A stretch of DNA of 64,000 nucleotides from an uncultured Collinsella sp. (GTDB lineage Bacteria > Actinomycetota > Coriobacteriia > Coriobacteriales > Coriobacteriaceae), in NCBI GenBank assembly GCA_958403395.1, contig CATXXF010000005.1, positions 2,764 through 66,763 on the forward strand. The letters run 5' to 3'. The notes under the pieces are model-generated. The model was not told the origin of the DNA. It did not search any database and saw nothing but the letters and a program-made list of their open reading frames with translations. Below are positions 9,263 through 19,275 of the stretch, in pieces (positions within the stretch are counted from its first letter, which is position 1; each line of letters begins with the position of its first letter). The translations under genes were made by a program, and so were the position numbers.

Positions 9263-9525
9263 CGACCCCTTTGCCGAGCTCGCTCGATCTCTTGCCAGAA
9301 TTTCTTCTGAACCGGAGACAAGGCATGAATAATGAGCCATCCACGAATAAGTTCGACCGCAACGAGCTCCACACTCCGTCCGTCCGGAAGCCATCCAATC
9401 GCAAGCCATCTCGGCGGATCGTCTTCCGACTCGCGACGAATGCACTCGGTAACCGCAAGCCAAGCGCTAAGCACCTGCTTTTCCGTCAGGTGCTTTTTGG
9501 CGTTGGGATGAATCTCGACATCCAT
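9259..9525 (-). CDS. Putative type II toxin (RelE/BrnT-like fold)
   Basis: 88 aa; EIHPNAKKH...WLAIG...VELV...LIIHA; GGAGGAG RBS; coupled to the RHH gene. Confidence 0.65.
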   Translation of the reverse strand: MDVEIHPNAKKHLTEKQVLSAWLAVTECIRRESEDDPPRWLAIGWLPDGRSVELVAVELIRGWLIIHALSPVQKKFWQEIERARQRGR

Positions 9526-9548
9526 GCATCTCCTCCCCCATCTTACCC

Positions 9549-9567
9549 AATTTCGTATGACGAAATT
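9549..9567. promoter_or_regulatory. Palindromic operator upstream of the TA pair
   Basis: AATTTCGT-atg-ACGAAATT, perfect 8-bp arms about 24 bp upstream of the toxin start. Confidence 0.55.
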
Positions 9568-9583
9568 CCGCTGTCGCCAATTC

Positions 9584-9943
9584 TTAAGCCGGCACGCGTT
9601 GAAGAACAGCGGACGAAACAATGATTGAAGGGCGTTCGAGTGCCGCCCAGGCACCGGGACAGGAACACATACGCCAAGGGCGTACGTTTTCGTAGCATGC
9701 GAGGACATTGCCGCTGCGATCGATAAAGGCAATGTCGATGGGATAGGCCATAAAGCAGGTGTGAACCGAGGAACAGCGCGGAAACGCCATGACAAGCGGC
9801 AGTCCGCTGGCGGCAATTGGCCGCCGTCCCAGCATGCCGCGCAGACGCACGGTAAACGACTCCGCCACCACAAACTCGGCCGGCGTCCAACCCAACCTGT
9901 TGAGCGCCCGCGCGTAGGCGATATAGGACGAGACCGCGGTCAC
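9584..9943 (-). CDS. DUF192 family protein
   Basis: AESFTVRLRGML...SVHTCFMAYPIDIAFID; GTGA overlap with the upstream gene. Confidence 0.8.
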   Translation of the reverse strand: MTAVSSYIAYARALNRLGWTPAEFVVAESFTVRLRGMLGRRPIAASGLPLVMAFPRCSSVHTCFMAYPIDIAFIDRSGNVLACYENVRPWRMCSCPGAWAALERPSIIVSSAVLQRVPA

Positions 9944-10416
9944 ATGACCACCCCCGGACGCCATGGATCGACCGTCACCGCACGTTCATGCGTGAGCACG
10001 GCCGGCGCCCCCAGGGAAACGCCGGCGATGCTCAGCAAACTCGGCCACGGCTCGTAGTGCATGGTGCAGGTATAGGTCCTAAACGTGCCAGAAAGAGAGA
10101 GCAGGCCGCCATCCGATGACGCCGCGCCTTGCTCGCTCGAGACCTCGACCTGTAGGTCATATCCCTCCATGGCATCCTGAATCTGAGCTTGAACGGTCGC
10201 GGAAGCGTCAATGGAGCTCTCGTCACCCTCCCCGCCCGGCGCCACAGCGTGCGCAAGCACGATGTCGGGCACCACGCGGTCGAAGCGCGCGACCGCGCCT
10301 GCAAAGATCATGACGTTGTACGCGACGAGAGCCAGCACGAGCAGGACAGGCGTGACCACGGCCATCTCGACCGTCGCCTGGGCACGCTCCTCGCGCAAGC
10401 CCGCGCGAATGCCCAT
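9940..10416 (-). CDS. TadE/F-like pseudopilin
   Basis: AQATVEM followed by a hydrophobic helix; TAATG coupling at 10416. Confidence 0.75.
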   Translation of the reverse strand: MGIRAGLREERAQATVEMAVVTPVLLVLALVAYNVMIFAGAVARFDRVVPDIVLAHAVAPGGEGDESSIDASATVQAQIQDAMEGYDLQVEVSSEQGAASSDGGLLSLSGTFRTYTCTMHYEPWPSLLSIAGVSLGAPAVLTHERAVTVDPWRPGVVM

Positions 10417-12581
10417 TACGACCCACCGCCAAAAGCTCCCACCAGCGTGGCAACATCGACAGTGAGCGGGATGGAGCGGCCACCGGGCAGCGGGATCTCC
10501 GCAAGCGTGAACACCGCGCTGCTGATGGTGCGCTCGACGTGATATTCCAAGGCCTCGCAAAGTGCCTTGGGGTCAGTCACGCCCAAGGGGATTTTTCGCA
10601 GGGTATCTTGAGTTTTGGAGATGCCTGCGATATCGGACCCCGGACTTTTGATGACATTGGCGGTATCGGTCAGCACCGGTTTTCTCAGACGCAAATCGCA
10701 CGGTTCGAGTCCCAGCGCCGCCACGGAGGACGAAACGGTGTCACCGAGCCAGGACGCGATGGAGCCCAACGCGCCGCTACCCCCTCCCAAGCCACCGATC
10801 AGCTCTCCCATAAGCTCGTCAGCCGCACCCTGGATGTCTCCGTACCCCACAAGCAGGCGGCCCCAAACATCCATAACGCCGTCGAGCACGCCGGCAACGC
10901 CGCCCGAACGCTCCTCCAGCGTCGAGAAGAAACGCGCGAGCACGTTGTTCTGCGCGGTCGCATCGTCGGGCGCCAGCACTGCAGCAGAAATTGCACCACG
11001 ATCGCCAAGCTCAACTGCCGTGTTAAACGAAGAGTTGAGCTCGTCGGGACCGGAGGTGGCGCCCGAGACCGCAAAGGCGACCACGCCGTTGCGACCGGGC
11101 GGGGCGATGCGCGGGCGCTCACCGGAAAGTTCTTTGATGGCGGTATCGAACGCATTGCTCGCACGGTCAGCTTCGTCCTCGGTCTGACGCTCGAACTCAA
11201 GCTCCTTGTTGCGACAGTCGACGTAGTCCTCCAGGGCGTCTTTAAACTTGTCAAAGTGATACTCGAAACCGTTTTCGATAGAGGTTGAAGGCGCCGCAAC
11301 AGCACCAAGCGACGAAACGCCAAAATGGCATTTGCTGCATTTATCCTGCCCATCGTAATCGGCAACCGAAGCAAATCCGCTCGGCGTTCCTTTCTTATAG
11401 TTAGGGCAGGTCGTTCCGTAATGCAGATACGCCTTGCCATCGTTCACGCTAGTCGGCCACACTGCATCGGTGTAGAGCTCGGTCGCCCGAACCTCATCAG
11501 AGTTGCGCGGCAGCAGCGGAATATAGGAGGAAACCCTGTCTCCGTTCTCGGTTATATATGCCCGATCGACCTCCGCGCTCGCATAGGTATAAAACGCCTT
11601 ACGCGCCGCAGACTCGGCCTTCATCTCGACACTCGAGCCTTGGGGCTTCTCATTTGTCAGACGCCAATGGTAGTAGTCCTTCGCGCGATCAAGGGCAACT
11701 TGAGGCTCCCACGTAACGCTCGATGAGTAATGCGGGTTTTGAACACCGGAGAGATCCGTTAGGCTTTTTGCGCGCTCCCACATACACGAACAGCTGCCGA
11801 CCGAACCTTTATCCGATCCACCGCAATCCGCTAGCCAGGCACGCTCTTTGGTCTTCGCCGTCTCCTCCGATGCTTTTTGTAGCTCCTCGGCCGCGCGCTC
11901 CAGATCTTCCGACGCATCTTTAATGGCATCGGTCGAGATTTCGGATCCTTCGAGCGCAACAAAATCCGACTCGGATGTCCTGGGCACGGCAAGCGCCGTA
12001 CCGGTATAGGTCACACCGTCGGTATCCTGCGCCGATACTGCCTGCATGGCACGCGCGGCAACCAGGTACGGCAAGGCAGTCTCAATCTTTTGCAGGCCCT
12101 TTGCCGCACTTTTGGCAAACTTGTTACGTGTTTTAATGATCTGGGTTCCCGTATCAATGATATCGCTGCCGACAACCTCGGCACCTGGAATGAGAATGGC
12201 AACCAAGCCGGTGCCGATCGTGGCAAACCCCGCCAGGCCCAAACTCAAAATGCTCGCATCCACCACCGTGGCGGCCGTGTGATAGGACGACACCACGTTG
12301 GCGCCCGCCAGTGCACCGCTATCGGCCGCCACCTGGGTATCTCCGGCGCGCGACATGCTCCATATCGCCGCGGTCGACGAAAACAGCAGCGTAAGCACCG
12401 CCAGAATGACAACCGCAGAGGAGAGCGTGGTATAGGCCCCGTCTTCGATAAACAAGTCGATACCGGCACGGCCCATAAAGCCGCCCCGCTTGCGGCGAGC
12501 GCCTGGTCGACGGCGAGCCGCAAACCCTTGCGTCACCCGCAGCAGGCAGCGCCTAATCCCATGCAGCAATCCATGAATCAT
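10416..12581 (-). CDS. Large TadG-like pilus-associated protein (~721 aa)
   Basis: TM helix then QVAADSGALAGA (TadG-type N-terminal motif); GGAGGGAG RBS before ATG 12581; start could be further downstream. Confidence 0.65.
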   Translation of the reverse strand: MIHGLLHGIRRCLLRVTQGFAARRRPGARRKRGGFMGRAGIDLFIEDGAYTTLSSAVVILAVLTLLFSSTAAIWSMSRAGDTQVAADSGALAGANVVSSYHTAATVVDASILSLGLAGFATIGTGLVAILIPGAEVVGSDIIDTGTQIIKTRNKFAKSAAKGLQKIETALPYLVAARAMQAVSAQDTDGVTYTGTALAVPRTSESDFVALEGSEISTDAIKDASEDLERAAEELQKASEETAKTKERAWLADCGGSDKGSVGSCSCMWERAKSLTDLSGVQNPHYSSSVTWEPQVALDRAKDYYHWRLTNEKPQGSSVEMKAESAARKAFYTYASAEVDRAYITENGDRVSSYIPLLPRNSDEVRATELYTDAVWPTSVNDGKAYLHYGTTCPNYKKGTPSGFASVADYDGQDKCSKCHFGVSSLGAVAAPSTSIENGFEYHFDKFKDALEDYVDCRNKELEFERQTEDEADRASNAFDTAIKELSGERPRIAPPGRNGVVAFAVSGATSGPDELNSSFNTAVELGDRGAISAAVLAPDDATAQNNVLARFFSTLEERSGGVAGVLDGVMDVWGRLLVGYGDIQGAADELMGELIGGLGGGSGALGSIASWLGDTVSSSVAALGLEPCDLRLRKPVLTDTANVIKSPGSDIAGISKTQDTLRKIPLGVTDPKALCEALEYHVERTISSAVFTLAEIPLPGGRSIPLTVDVATLVGAFGGGS

Positions 12582-13065
12582 AATCTCCCTCCAGCCATTC
12601 GGGACGCGATCGATACGAGACGTCGACCTTGAGCTCGACATAGCCGCCCTCACCCGCACTGCCCATGGCCCGCGCGAATGCACCGATCACGGGCAGCGGC
12701 TTAACCTCGCCGGCAACAGACACGGACGAAACGCCGCCGGCACCGGCCCGCCCTAACTCGATATCCCACGACAGCGACCCGCCGGCATGAAAAATCGAGA
12801 CGTTGGGCACCGCGGCAAGTCTGCGGCGAGTGAACTCCTTAAGGTCATCGTCGTCCTCCACCGTCGTCGTGGTCATAAGCCGCGCGGTCTCGGCGGCGGC
12901 AGACTCCATGACCGCGCGCGTATAGAGCAGGCACACCGGCTGCAACGCGAGCAAGATAAGCGTCAAAAACGTCGGCAGCAAAAAGGCGGCCTCGACCGTA
13001 GACTGCGCCCGATCCTCGCACGCGATATCAATACAGAGCGATGTCCTTGGCACCCGTCGCGGCAT
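12553..13065 (-). CDS. TadE-like pseudopilin
   Basis: AQSTVEAAFLLP...AAAETAR motif; start uncertain. Confidence 0.75.
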   Translation of the reverse strand: MPRRVPRTSLCIDIACEDRAQSTVEAAFLLPTFLTLILLALQPVCLLYTRAVMESAAAETARLMTTTTVEDDDDLKEFTRRRLAAVPNVSIFHAGGSLSWDIELGRAGAGGVSSVSVAGEVKPLPVIGAFARAMGSAGEGGYVELKVDVSYRSRPEWLEGDYDSWIAAWD

Positions 13066-13246
13066 CGATAACCGACGACGGGGCGACGCCATGAGACGCT
13101 GCCCGCTCGACCAGTGCCGCCAAGCGCCCATCGGTGCCAGCGCGCCAAAGCCCCGCAATCGCCAGCACAATCGATAACAGCGCCACGGTGACGATGGCGT
13201 ATTCGACGGTCGACTGAGCAGATTCCTCACACAGGACACCATGCAT
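13028..13246 (-). CDS. Minor Flp-like pilin
   Basis: 72 aa; AQSTVEYAIV plus hydrophobic helix; GGAGGGG RBS. Confidence 0.75.
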   Translation of the reverse strand: MHGVLCEESAQSTVEYAIVTVALLSIVLAIAGLWRAGTDGRLAALVERAASHGVAPSSVIDAATGAKDIALY

Positions 13247-13247
13247 T

Positions 13248-13811
13248 TCACGACCCCTCCTTTGACTCCGTTGTTTGCGGAACCAGACGCACGGCACGCA
13301 GGCGGCACGAGGCATCGCCGGCATCCGCGGCAACCGTCACCATGTCGACCCAGCCTCTCCCATCGCGCACGATGGCGCCCCATACGTTGCCCTTAATATC
13401 GAGATAGCCGCTCAGGGCGAGCTGGGCCGTGGGCACCTCACGGTAGGCGCGCAACAGGTCTGCCGCCGCCTCGGTCATCGGCCGGTCCTCGGACCATGCG
13501 AGTCGAACCGCGATCGCGTTGTCTGCAGACGGATCCGTCGCGCTGGCAGCTCGCTCGTCGAGTGCCTGTAAAAAGGTCTGAGCCGTGACGGCGGCATCCT
13601 GACCGCCCATATCTCCCGCGCCTTCCGCTTGTGACACCGCCGCCGAGCCCGATCCCAAATCGGCAGTAGCGCCTGGACGCTGCTGCCGCGCAACACCCAG
13701 CCCCCAAAGTGTCGCCGCTATTGCCACGAGCAAACAGGCGAGCACCAGCGGCGAACCAACAAGCCGCCTGCCTCCTACAGGCTGTTGATGCCGTCTTTGA
13801 TCGCGTTCCAT
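13248..13811 (-). CDS. Hypothetical membrane-anchored protein of the Tad operon
   Basis: One TM helix (LVLACLLVAIAATLWGLGVA) then a soluble domain; start codon uncertain. Confidence 0.55.
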   Translation of the reverse strand: MERDQRRHQQPVGGRRLVGSPLVLACLLVAIAATLWGLGVARQQRPGATADLGSGSAAVSQAEGAGDMGGQDAAVTAQTFLQALDERAASATDPSADNAIAVRLAWSEDRPMTEAAADLLRAYREVPTAQLALSGYLDIKGNVWGAIVRDGRGWVDMVTVAADAGDASCRLRAVRLVPQTTESKEGS

Positions 13812-14008
13812 AGTTCTTCGACTTTGCTCTTAAACGCGACGATGGCGATAATCGCGATCACCACGAGCACGCCGACTAAGATGGCGTATTCGGTAGTGCC
13901 CTGCGCGTTCTCCTCCCGCAACAGCGCCTTGGCACGCTGGCGAGCGCGGATTGCCCGGCAAAAAGCCCAGCTCCAAGCCTTGCCCGCAATGTCGGTCATC
14001 GTGTTCAT
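13775..14008 (-). CDS. flp: Major Flp pilin
   Basis: 77 aa; ENAQGTTEYAILVGVLVVIAIIAIVAF; GGAGGA RBS. Confidence 0.88.
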   Translation of the reverse strand: MNTMTDIAGKAWSWAFCRAIRARQRAKALLREENAQGTTEYAILVGVLVVIAIIAIVAFKSKVEELWNAIKDGINSL

Positions 14009-14018
14009 GTATTCCTCC

Positions 14019-14660
14019 CTACATCATCCCGCCTGCTCCCAGCAGCGGGCCCAATATGGACAGAAGCAACGCCGGCAAGATGAGCGTGCCGGTGGGAATC
14101 AGCAACTTGACCGGTGCGCGCTCGATCTCGCGCTCGACTGCGGCGCGATGGGCCGCACGGATCTCGCGACTTTGAGCAGCCAGCGTCTCGGCCAGCGGAG
14201 CGCCCAGGGCAAGCGCCTGCCCCACCGTGATGGCAAAGGTCTCGAGCGCCCTCACGTCCAAATCACGCGCGGCAGCCAACAGCTCGGCCTCGCGCGTCCC
14301 CACGCCCACCTGCCACGCCATGCAGGCTCGTTCAAGGCGGACGGCCAGCACCGACCGACGATTGGCACAGAAAATCTCGAGCGCCGCGTCAAACGAAAGG
14401 CCGGCAGAAAGCCCCAGGCGCACCACGTCGATCATCTCGGACACCTCACCGAGCGACACCTGTGCCGGGCCGCCCGCCCCAATCGCGCCCTTCATTCGCG
14501 CGGTCAGAGCATCAATCACCGAGCAGCTCGCAGCAATGACCAGTACCACCTCACGCTTGCACGCCTCTGCAATCTTGCGAGCATCCGCACGCTCCAAACC
14601 TGTCGCGGCAAATACACTCAGGGCACACAGACAGGCCGCGACCCCAACCAGGGCGCTCAT
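14019..14660 (-). CDS. tadC: TadC (T2SS F-family) platform protein
   Basis: LSAGLSF...GAPLAETL...AAHRAAVEREIERAPVKLLIP; ATGA overlap with tadB. Confidence 0.82.
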   Translation of the reverse strand: MSALVGVAACLCALSVFAATGLERADARKIAEACKREVVLVIAASCSVIDALTARMKGAIGAGGPAQVSLGEVSEMIDVVRLGLSAGLSFDAALEIFCANRRSVLAVRLERACMAWQVGVGTREAELLAAARDLDVRALETFAITVGQALALGAPLAETLAAQSREIRAAHRAAVEREIERAPVKLLIPTGTLILPALLLSILGPLLGAGGMM

Positions 14661-15583
14661 AACTCCACCCGCATAATGCGCCGGATAACTACCAGGGCAA
14701 CGACGTTGAGGGCAAGCCCCAACACCACGGCGCCCGCACCAGCCGGCGTCGCAAGACCGCGGCGAAAGTCTGCCGAAAGCAAAGCCAGTACCGCGCACAT
14801 GCCCGCCGGCATCGCTGCGACCATGTGTGCCGACATACGCGCCTGTGACGTCTTAACGTCCAGACGGCGTTTGAGCTCAATGCGCTCACCCACCATGCTC
14901 GACGCCTCGGACAGCAAGCCAGCAAGTGGAGCCCCGGTACGCTGCGATACTTTGAGCGCCAAGGTGACAAGCGAAAGGCCGGGGGCATCGATGCGAACGA
15001 GTAGGTCATCGAGTGCGTCGGTCGCCGAAATACCGCAATCGATTGCCGCCGCCACCCGCAAAAACTCGGTATGCACCAGCTCTTGCGCATGGGCGCCCAC
15101 AAAGCGCATTCCCTGTGCCAGCGAATGCCCCGAGGCAAGCGACATAGATAACGCTGTGAATGCCTCGGGCATGGCCTCTTCCACATCATGCTGTTCGCGT
15201 CGGCGATCGAAGGTGTCACGCGCGGCACCCACGCCAAACGGCGCCACCAGCCCCAAGACAAAGCCGATGGGCGACAACGACGCAACGGCCAGCAAAACGC
15301 TGCAGATACCGCTCGACAGCAGCAGAAATGCCAGACGAGCTGCGTTATCCTCAATAGCAAGCCCAAGGCGATCTGCGGGAATTAACGACGCCCACGAGCG
15401 GGCAATCTTTGACAGCAGGCCGTTTTCCACCAGCTCACGCGGCAGCTTCTCTGCCACCGTCTCGAGCGCCTGACGCGCCAGCTCCGCCGGCGGTACCTGC
15501 GGCACACGAGGTTCCGCCCCGCACGCCGTCGCAACAGAAAACCCTGCCAAACCCCCTACGACGAGGGGCACAGCGACCTCCAT
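14657..15583 (-). CDS. tadB: TadB (T2SS F-family) platform protein
   Basis: MPEAF...SLASGHSL...TGAPLA...KTSQARMS. Confidence 0.82.
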   Translation of the reverse strand: MEVAVPLVVGGLAGFSVATACGAEPRVPQVPPAELARQALETVAEKLPRELVENGLLSKIARSWASLIPADRLGLAIEDNAARLAFLLLSSGICSVLLAVASLSPIGFVLGLVAPFGVGAARDTFDRRREQHDVEEAMPEAFTALSMSLASGHSLAQGMRFVGAHAQELVHTEFLRVAAAIDCGISATDALDDLLVRIDAPGLSLVTLALKVSQRTGAPLAGLLSEASSMVGERIELKRRLDVKTSQARMSAHMVAAMPAGMCAVLALLSADFRRGLATPAGAGAVVLGLALNVVALVVIRRIMRVEL

Positions 15584-16884
15584 TCGTCCACCTCCTCTTG
15601 TGTGAGCGTCCCCGACCGCAGGCCTTCTGCGATAAACGGCGGCTCGCGGTCAAGCTTCCAGGTGCGCTCGGCGGCATCGAAAGTCACATAGCGCTCGAGC
15701 TCTACGCCGCCCGACGCGGCGCGACGCACCCCCGAATACGAGGAGACGAAACGCCTGCCATCGGCGTGGCGCTCGGACATCACGATGCCGTCGAGCGCCA
15801 TGGCAATCTGCTCCTCGATGAGCTCGCTCGGCAGATCGATGCCATAACGTGCAAGCAACGTCAGACGCACCACGGTCTCCTGTTCTGAACCCGCATGAAG
15901 TGTCGTGAGCGACCCGTCGTGGCCCGTGTTCATGGCCTGCAACATGTCGCAGCACTCGGCACCGCGCACCTCGCCCACCACGATGCGGTCGGGGCGCATG
16001 CGCAGAGCATTGGTCACCAGGTCGCGAATCGTCACCGCGCCCTCGCCCTCAATTGAAGCCTCGCGCGCCTCTAGACGCACCACGTGCGGATGATGCGCAA
16101 ACTTGAGCTCGGCAGAGTCCTCGATCGTCACGATGCGCTCGCCGGTGGAAATCTCACATGACAACGCGTTGAGCAGGGTGGTCTTACCAGATCCCGTGCC
16201 TCCCGCAACCGCCAGGTCCTGTCGCAGCGACACCGCGCACGACAACAGCTGCGCATACCAAAGCGGCAGCGACCCCAGCCCCACAAGCTCGTCCAGCGAG
16301 CAGATGCGGTCCGAGAACTTTCGGATGGTGAGAATCGGTCCGTCAATCGCCACAGGCGGAATCACCGCGTTGACGCGATAGCCCGTTTTGAGGCGGGCGT
16401 TGACGATGGGGCTGCGCTCGTCGATACGGCGGCCAAGTGGCGAGATGATGCGGTCGATAAGCACACGGATCTGCTCATCATCCTCAAACGCATGCTCGAT
16501 GGGGTGCAAGACGCCGCCGCGTTCAAAGAAAGCCGAGCGGCAGCCGTTAATCATGATCTCGGTAACGGTGTCGTCCTCGATGAGCGGCTGCAACGGCCCC
16601 AAGCCCACCACGTCATCCAAAATCTCGTCGATGATGGTCTTGCGCTCGGGCGTCGCGAGATCGGTCGGCTCCTCAACATTGAGCGCCGCCTCCACCGCAG
16701 GACGCAATTCCGAGCGGGCAAGTGCCGGGTCGACATAGGCGCTGATACGCGCCACTTCGTCGTAACCCATGCGGTCCATCACGGCGCGCTTGGTGCGTCG
16801 TTTCACCGCGCGGCGACGCCCCGCATCTACAGGCGCTGCCGCCGCTGCAGCGCCGGCAGCCTTAATCCTCGTTTGCAGGCTCAT
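15556..16884 (-). CDS. tadA: TadA/CpaF pilus assembly ATPase
   Basis: [47 protein letters not shown]. Confidence 0.95.
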   Translation of the reverse strand: MSLQTRIKAAGAAAAAAPVDAGRRRAVKRRTKRAVMDRMGYDEVARISAYVDPALARSELRPAVEAALNVEEPTDLATPERKTIIDEILDDVVGLGPLQPLIEDDTVTEIMINGCRSAFFERGGVLHPIEHAFEDDEQIRVLIDRIISPLGRRIDERSPIVNARLKTGYRVNAVIPPVAIDGPILTIRKFSDRICSLDELVGLGSLPLWYAQLLSCAVSLRQDLAVAGGTGSGKTTLLNALSCEISTGERIVTIEDSAELKFAHHPHVVRLEAREASIEGEGAVTIRDLVTNALRMRPDRIVVGEVRGAECCDMLQAMNTGHDGSLTTLHAGSEQETVVRLTLLARYGIDLPSELIEEQIAMALDGIVMSERHADGRRFVSSYSGVRRAASGGVELERYVTFDAAERTWKLDREPPFIAEGLRSGTLTQEEVDEWRSLCPSS

Positions 16885-18533
16885 CGCTGATCACCCTCGC
16901 GCGACCAGGGAAGGCGGATACGCGGGCGTTCGGTACGCGTCGCACGGTCGGCGACCATATCGCTCCAAGGGCCGACGGCGCACCCCAGTTCCACGAGCAT
17001 CTCGCGCGTGGCCTCGCGCACGCTGGTCGCGAAAGCGCTCGTCTGACCCACTGCCTCGTCAGCGCGCCCAAACGCCATGAGCGCGGCGAGATCCTGCCCG
17101 CCATCGGCGATACGAATCTTGGAGCTCAACGCACAGGCAATCTCAAAGCGCATGGCGACGTCCTCGTCTGCCCCGCGCGCACCGAACCGGTTGAACACGG
17201 CGCTCATGCGCGTGCGCGGCACACCTACTCGACTTGCCAGTTCAATGACGCGCGACGCCGATGTCGCGGACGACACCGCAGCATCGCCAACGACCAGGCA
17301 ACGGTCGCTCGCCGCCACCGCAGCCGCTACGGCGTCGCCCCAAAAGACCGAGGTATCGATAAAGACCACGTCGGATTCGCGACGCAGGACATCAAGCAGT
17401 AGCTCCACCGGACGTGCCATGAGCTCGGCTTGCTCGGGCGCCGCGACGGGACCCCAGAGCGTAACGCCCGGGGCGACGCGCATCGATGCGGCTACGATAT
17501 CCGGCTCGGTGAGCGTGCCCGCCGCCGACGGCTCGATAAGTGCCGCCATATCGCGCGGAGCATCGACGCCTAACAAGTCGTAAAGGTTTCCAAACATCAG
17601 GTCCAGGTCGAGCACGGCGGCACGCAAGCCCAACAGCGACGATGTGTGTGCCATGGTGGCAACGATCGTCGACTTGCCGCAACCGCCCGAACCCGAAATG
17701 GCGCAGATGACCGGAGCTCGATGCTGCGGAGCGGCAGCGTCTGCCGGCGGCATCGGAGGCGGCGGAGCGGGCGTCGGTGACAGCGTCCCCGTCTCCCCCG
17801 CCGCAACCACACGCTGCGTCCAAGCCGGCATGTCAGCTTGTTCGGTCTGCGAGGCAGGCTCGTTCTGTGCAATCTGCTCATGCCGCATCAGCGACAACTC
17901 GCCACACCCGGCAAAGCCCTCAACTTCGTCGAGTTCATCCGCCAGATTCACGCCGTGCACGTATCCCATATCTACAGCCGGGGAGTCGCCAGCATGCTGC
18001 GCCGGCCCTCCGGCGTCATCGCATACAAGGGGGTTCCGGGGGCGCCGACCATGCTCGGCTTCCGCTTTTCCACAATCATCAACACGCGGGCCTCTTGTAG
18101 CGCGAGGCGCCCCGGGTTCCCTATCAACAAAAGCATCGGGCTCAATCGTCATGCGCCGATCGGAATCAACCGCTCCCTCGCCCGCGCGCCCGTTGCCGCA
18201 TATACTGTGCGCAGCGATGACCTCGGTCGCCCCCGCGCGAAACAACCCCTCGATATCCGACGGATCGAGTGCTTCTATCAAGACGACCACGCGACTCACG
18301 CGGCCTTCGGCCGTCAGGCGTGCAACAGTCTTGCGCACATCTTCGGTATCAAACAGAGACGCCGCGATGATGGCAGCTCCGCGGCGCGACGGAAACGCCC
18401 GCGCCATGGAAACCAGCCCGTCCAGGTCACCCACGCGAAGCACCTGTGCACCCGCGTCACGGCCCTCGACTTCCCGCTGCAACAGCCCGTAATCGCCGCA
18501 CGCGCAGCACGCAAGCCAGATCGCCTTCATCAC
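16881..18533 (-). CDS. TadZ/CpaE-like protein (degenerate receiver domain, linker, MinD/ParA-like ATPase)
   Basis: SGSGGCGKST, LDLDLMFG; position between cpaB and tadA. Confidence 0.8.
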   Translation of the reverse strand: MMKAIWLACCACGDYGLLQREVEGRDAGAQVLRVGDLDGLVSMARAFPSRRGAAIIAASLFDTEDVRKTVARLTAEGRVSRVVVLIEALDPSDIEGLFRAGATEVIAAHSICGNGRAGEGAVDSDRRMTIEPDAFVDREPGAPRATRGPRVDDCGKAEAEHGRRPRNPLVCDDAGGPAQHAGDSPAVDMGYVHGVNLADELDEVEGFAGCGELSLMRHEQIAQNEPASQTEQADMPAWTQRVVAAGETGTLSPTPAPPPPMPPADAAAPQHRAPVICAISGSGGCGKSTIVATMAHTSSLLGLRAAVLDLDLMFGNLYDLLGVDAPRDMAALIEPSAAGTLTEPDIVAASMRVAPGVTLWGPVAAPEQAELMARPVELLLDVLRRESDVVFIDTSVFWGDAVAAAVAASDRCLVVGDAAVSSATSASRVIELASRVGVPRTRMSAVFNRFGARGADEDVAMRFEIACALSSKIRIADGGQDLAALMAFGRADEAVGQTSAFATSVREATREMLVELGCAVGPWSDMVADRATRTERPRIRLPWSREGDQR

Positions 18534-19189
18534 TCGTCGCCTCCGCTCTTTTTGCCGCGCGCCGTGGCGGGAATCGTCAAGCTGACCGTTCCCTTGCCCG
18601 AGGCTCCCAGCAGTTCCTTGACGTCTTCGGGGTCAGCCGCCAGCGTCACCCATTCGATCTTGCCCTCGCGCGTGGCACCGGAATCCTCACTGGTATCGAT
18701 CACGTACGCGCCGCACAGCCGATCGGTTACGCCGTCTTTTTGCACATACACATCCACGTAGCTGCCCACGCCCGTAGCACCGCCGACCGAGTGCTCGGCA
18801 TCGACCGCCACCGAAACGGCGACCTTGCCCTTAGGCACCTCGAGCTTGTGGCTCTCGGCCTTGGTGTAGACATTGCAGATCACGGCGTTTTTGGGAATAC
18901 GCGAAGTCGTCACGTCGCCGCGCACCTGGCGCAGCTCGGTCGCCGCGTCACGCGGCAGCAGACTCGTCAGCCATTCCTGGGTTATGACATTGGTCTCATC
19001 GAGGGTCTCGCCCACATCGATATCGCGCGCCGCAACGCATACCTCGACGCGATCGCCACCGTACTTGGCCAAGGTCTCAGCCTGGACCTGTTCGGCTTGC
19101 GAGCGGATCGACGAGCCGTAAACCATGCAGAGCAGAGCAGCGAGCACGCCCGCGACCAGACTGATAGCGATGCGCTTGCTCTTGTTCAC
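18530..19189 (-). CDS. cpaB: RcpC/CpaB pilus assembly protein (SAF domain)
   Basis: N-terminal TM, VCVAARDIDVGETL, VPKGKVAVSV, GSYVDV; GTG after GAGGAG. Confidence 0.82.
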   Translation of the reverse strand: MNKSKRIAISLVAGVLAALLCMVYGSSIRSQAEQVQAETLAKYGGDRVEVCVAARDIDVGETLDETNVITQEWLTSLLPRDAATELRQVRGDVTTSRIPKNAVICNVYTKAESHKLEVPKGKVAVSVAVDAEHSVGGATGVGSYVDVYVQKDGVTDRLCGAYVIDTSEDSGATREGKIEWVTLAADPEDVKELLGASGKGTVSLTIPATARGKKSGGDE

Positions 19190-19275
19190 GGCCGCTCCTC
19201 TCATGGCAGTGCCGGGCGAATGCCCGTACCACCATTGTCTGGGCGGTCAGAGTGCAAAGCGGCGCAATCGCGATC

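Noticed and set aside
13740..13780. Possible frameshift at the start of the 13248 gene (strong AGGAGG followed by an out-of-frame TTG)
   Set aside because: In-frame ATG 13811 or a downstream GTG can explain the gene; this cannot be resolved without orthologues.
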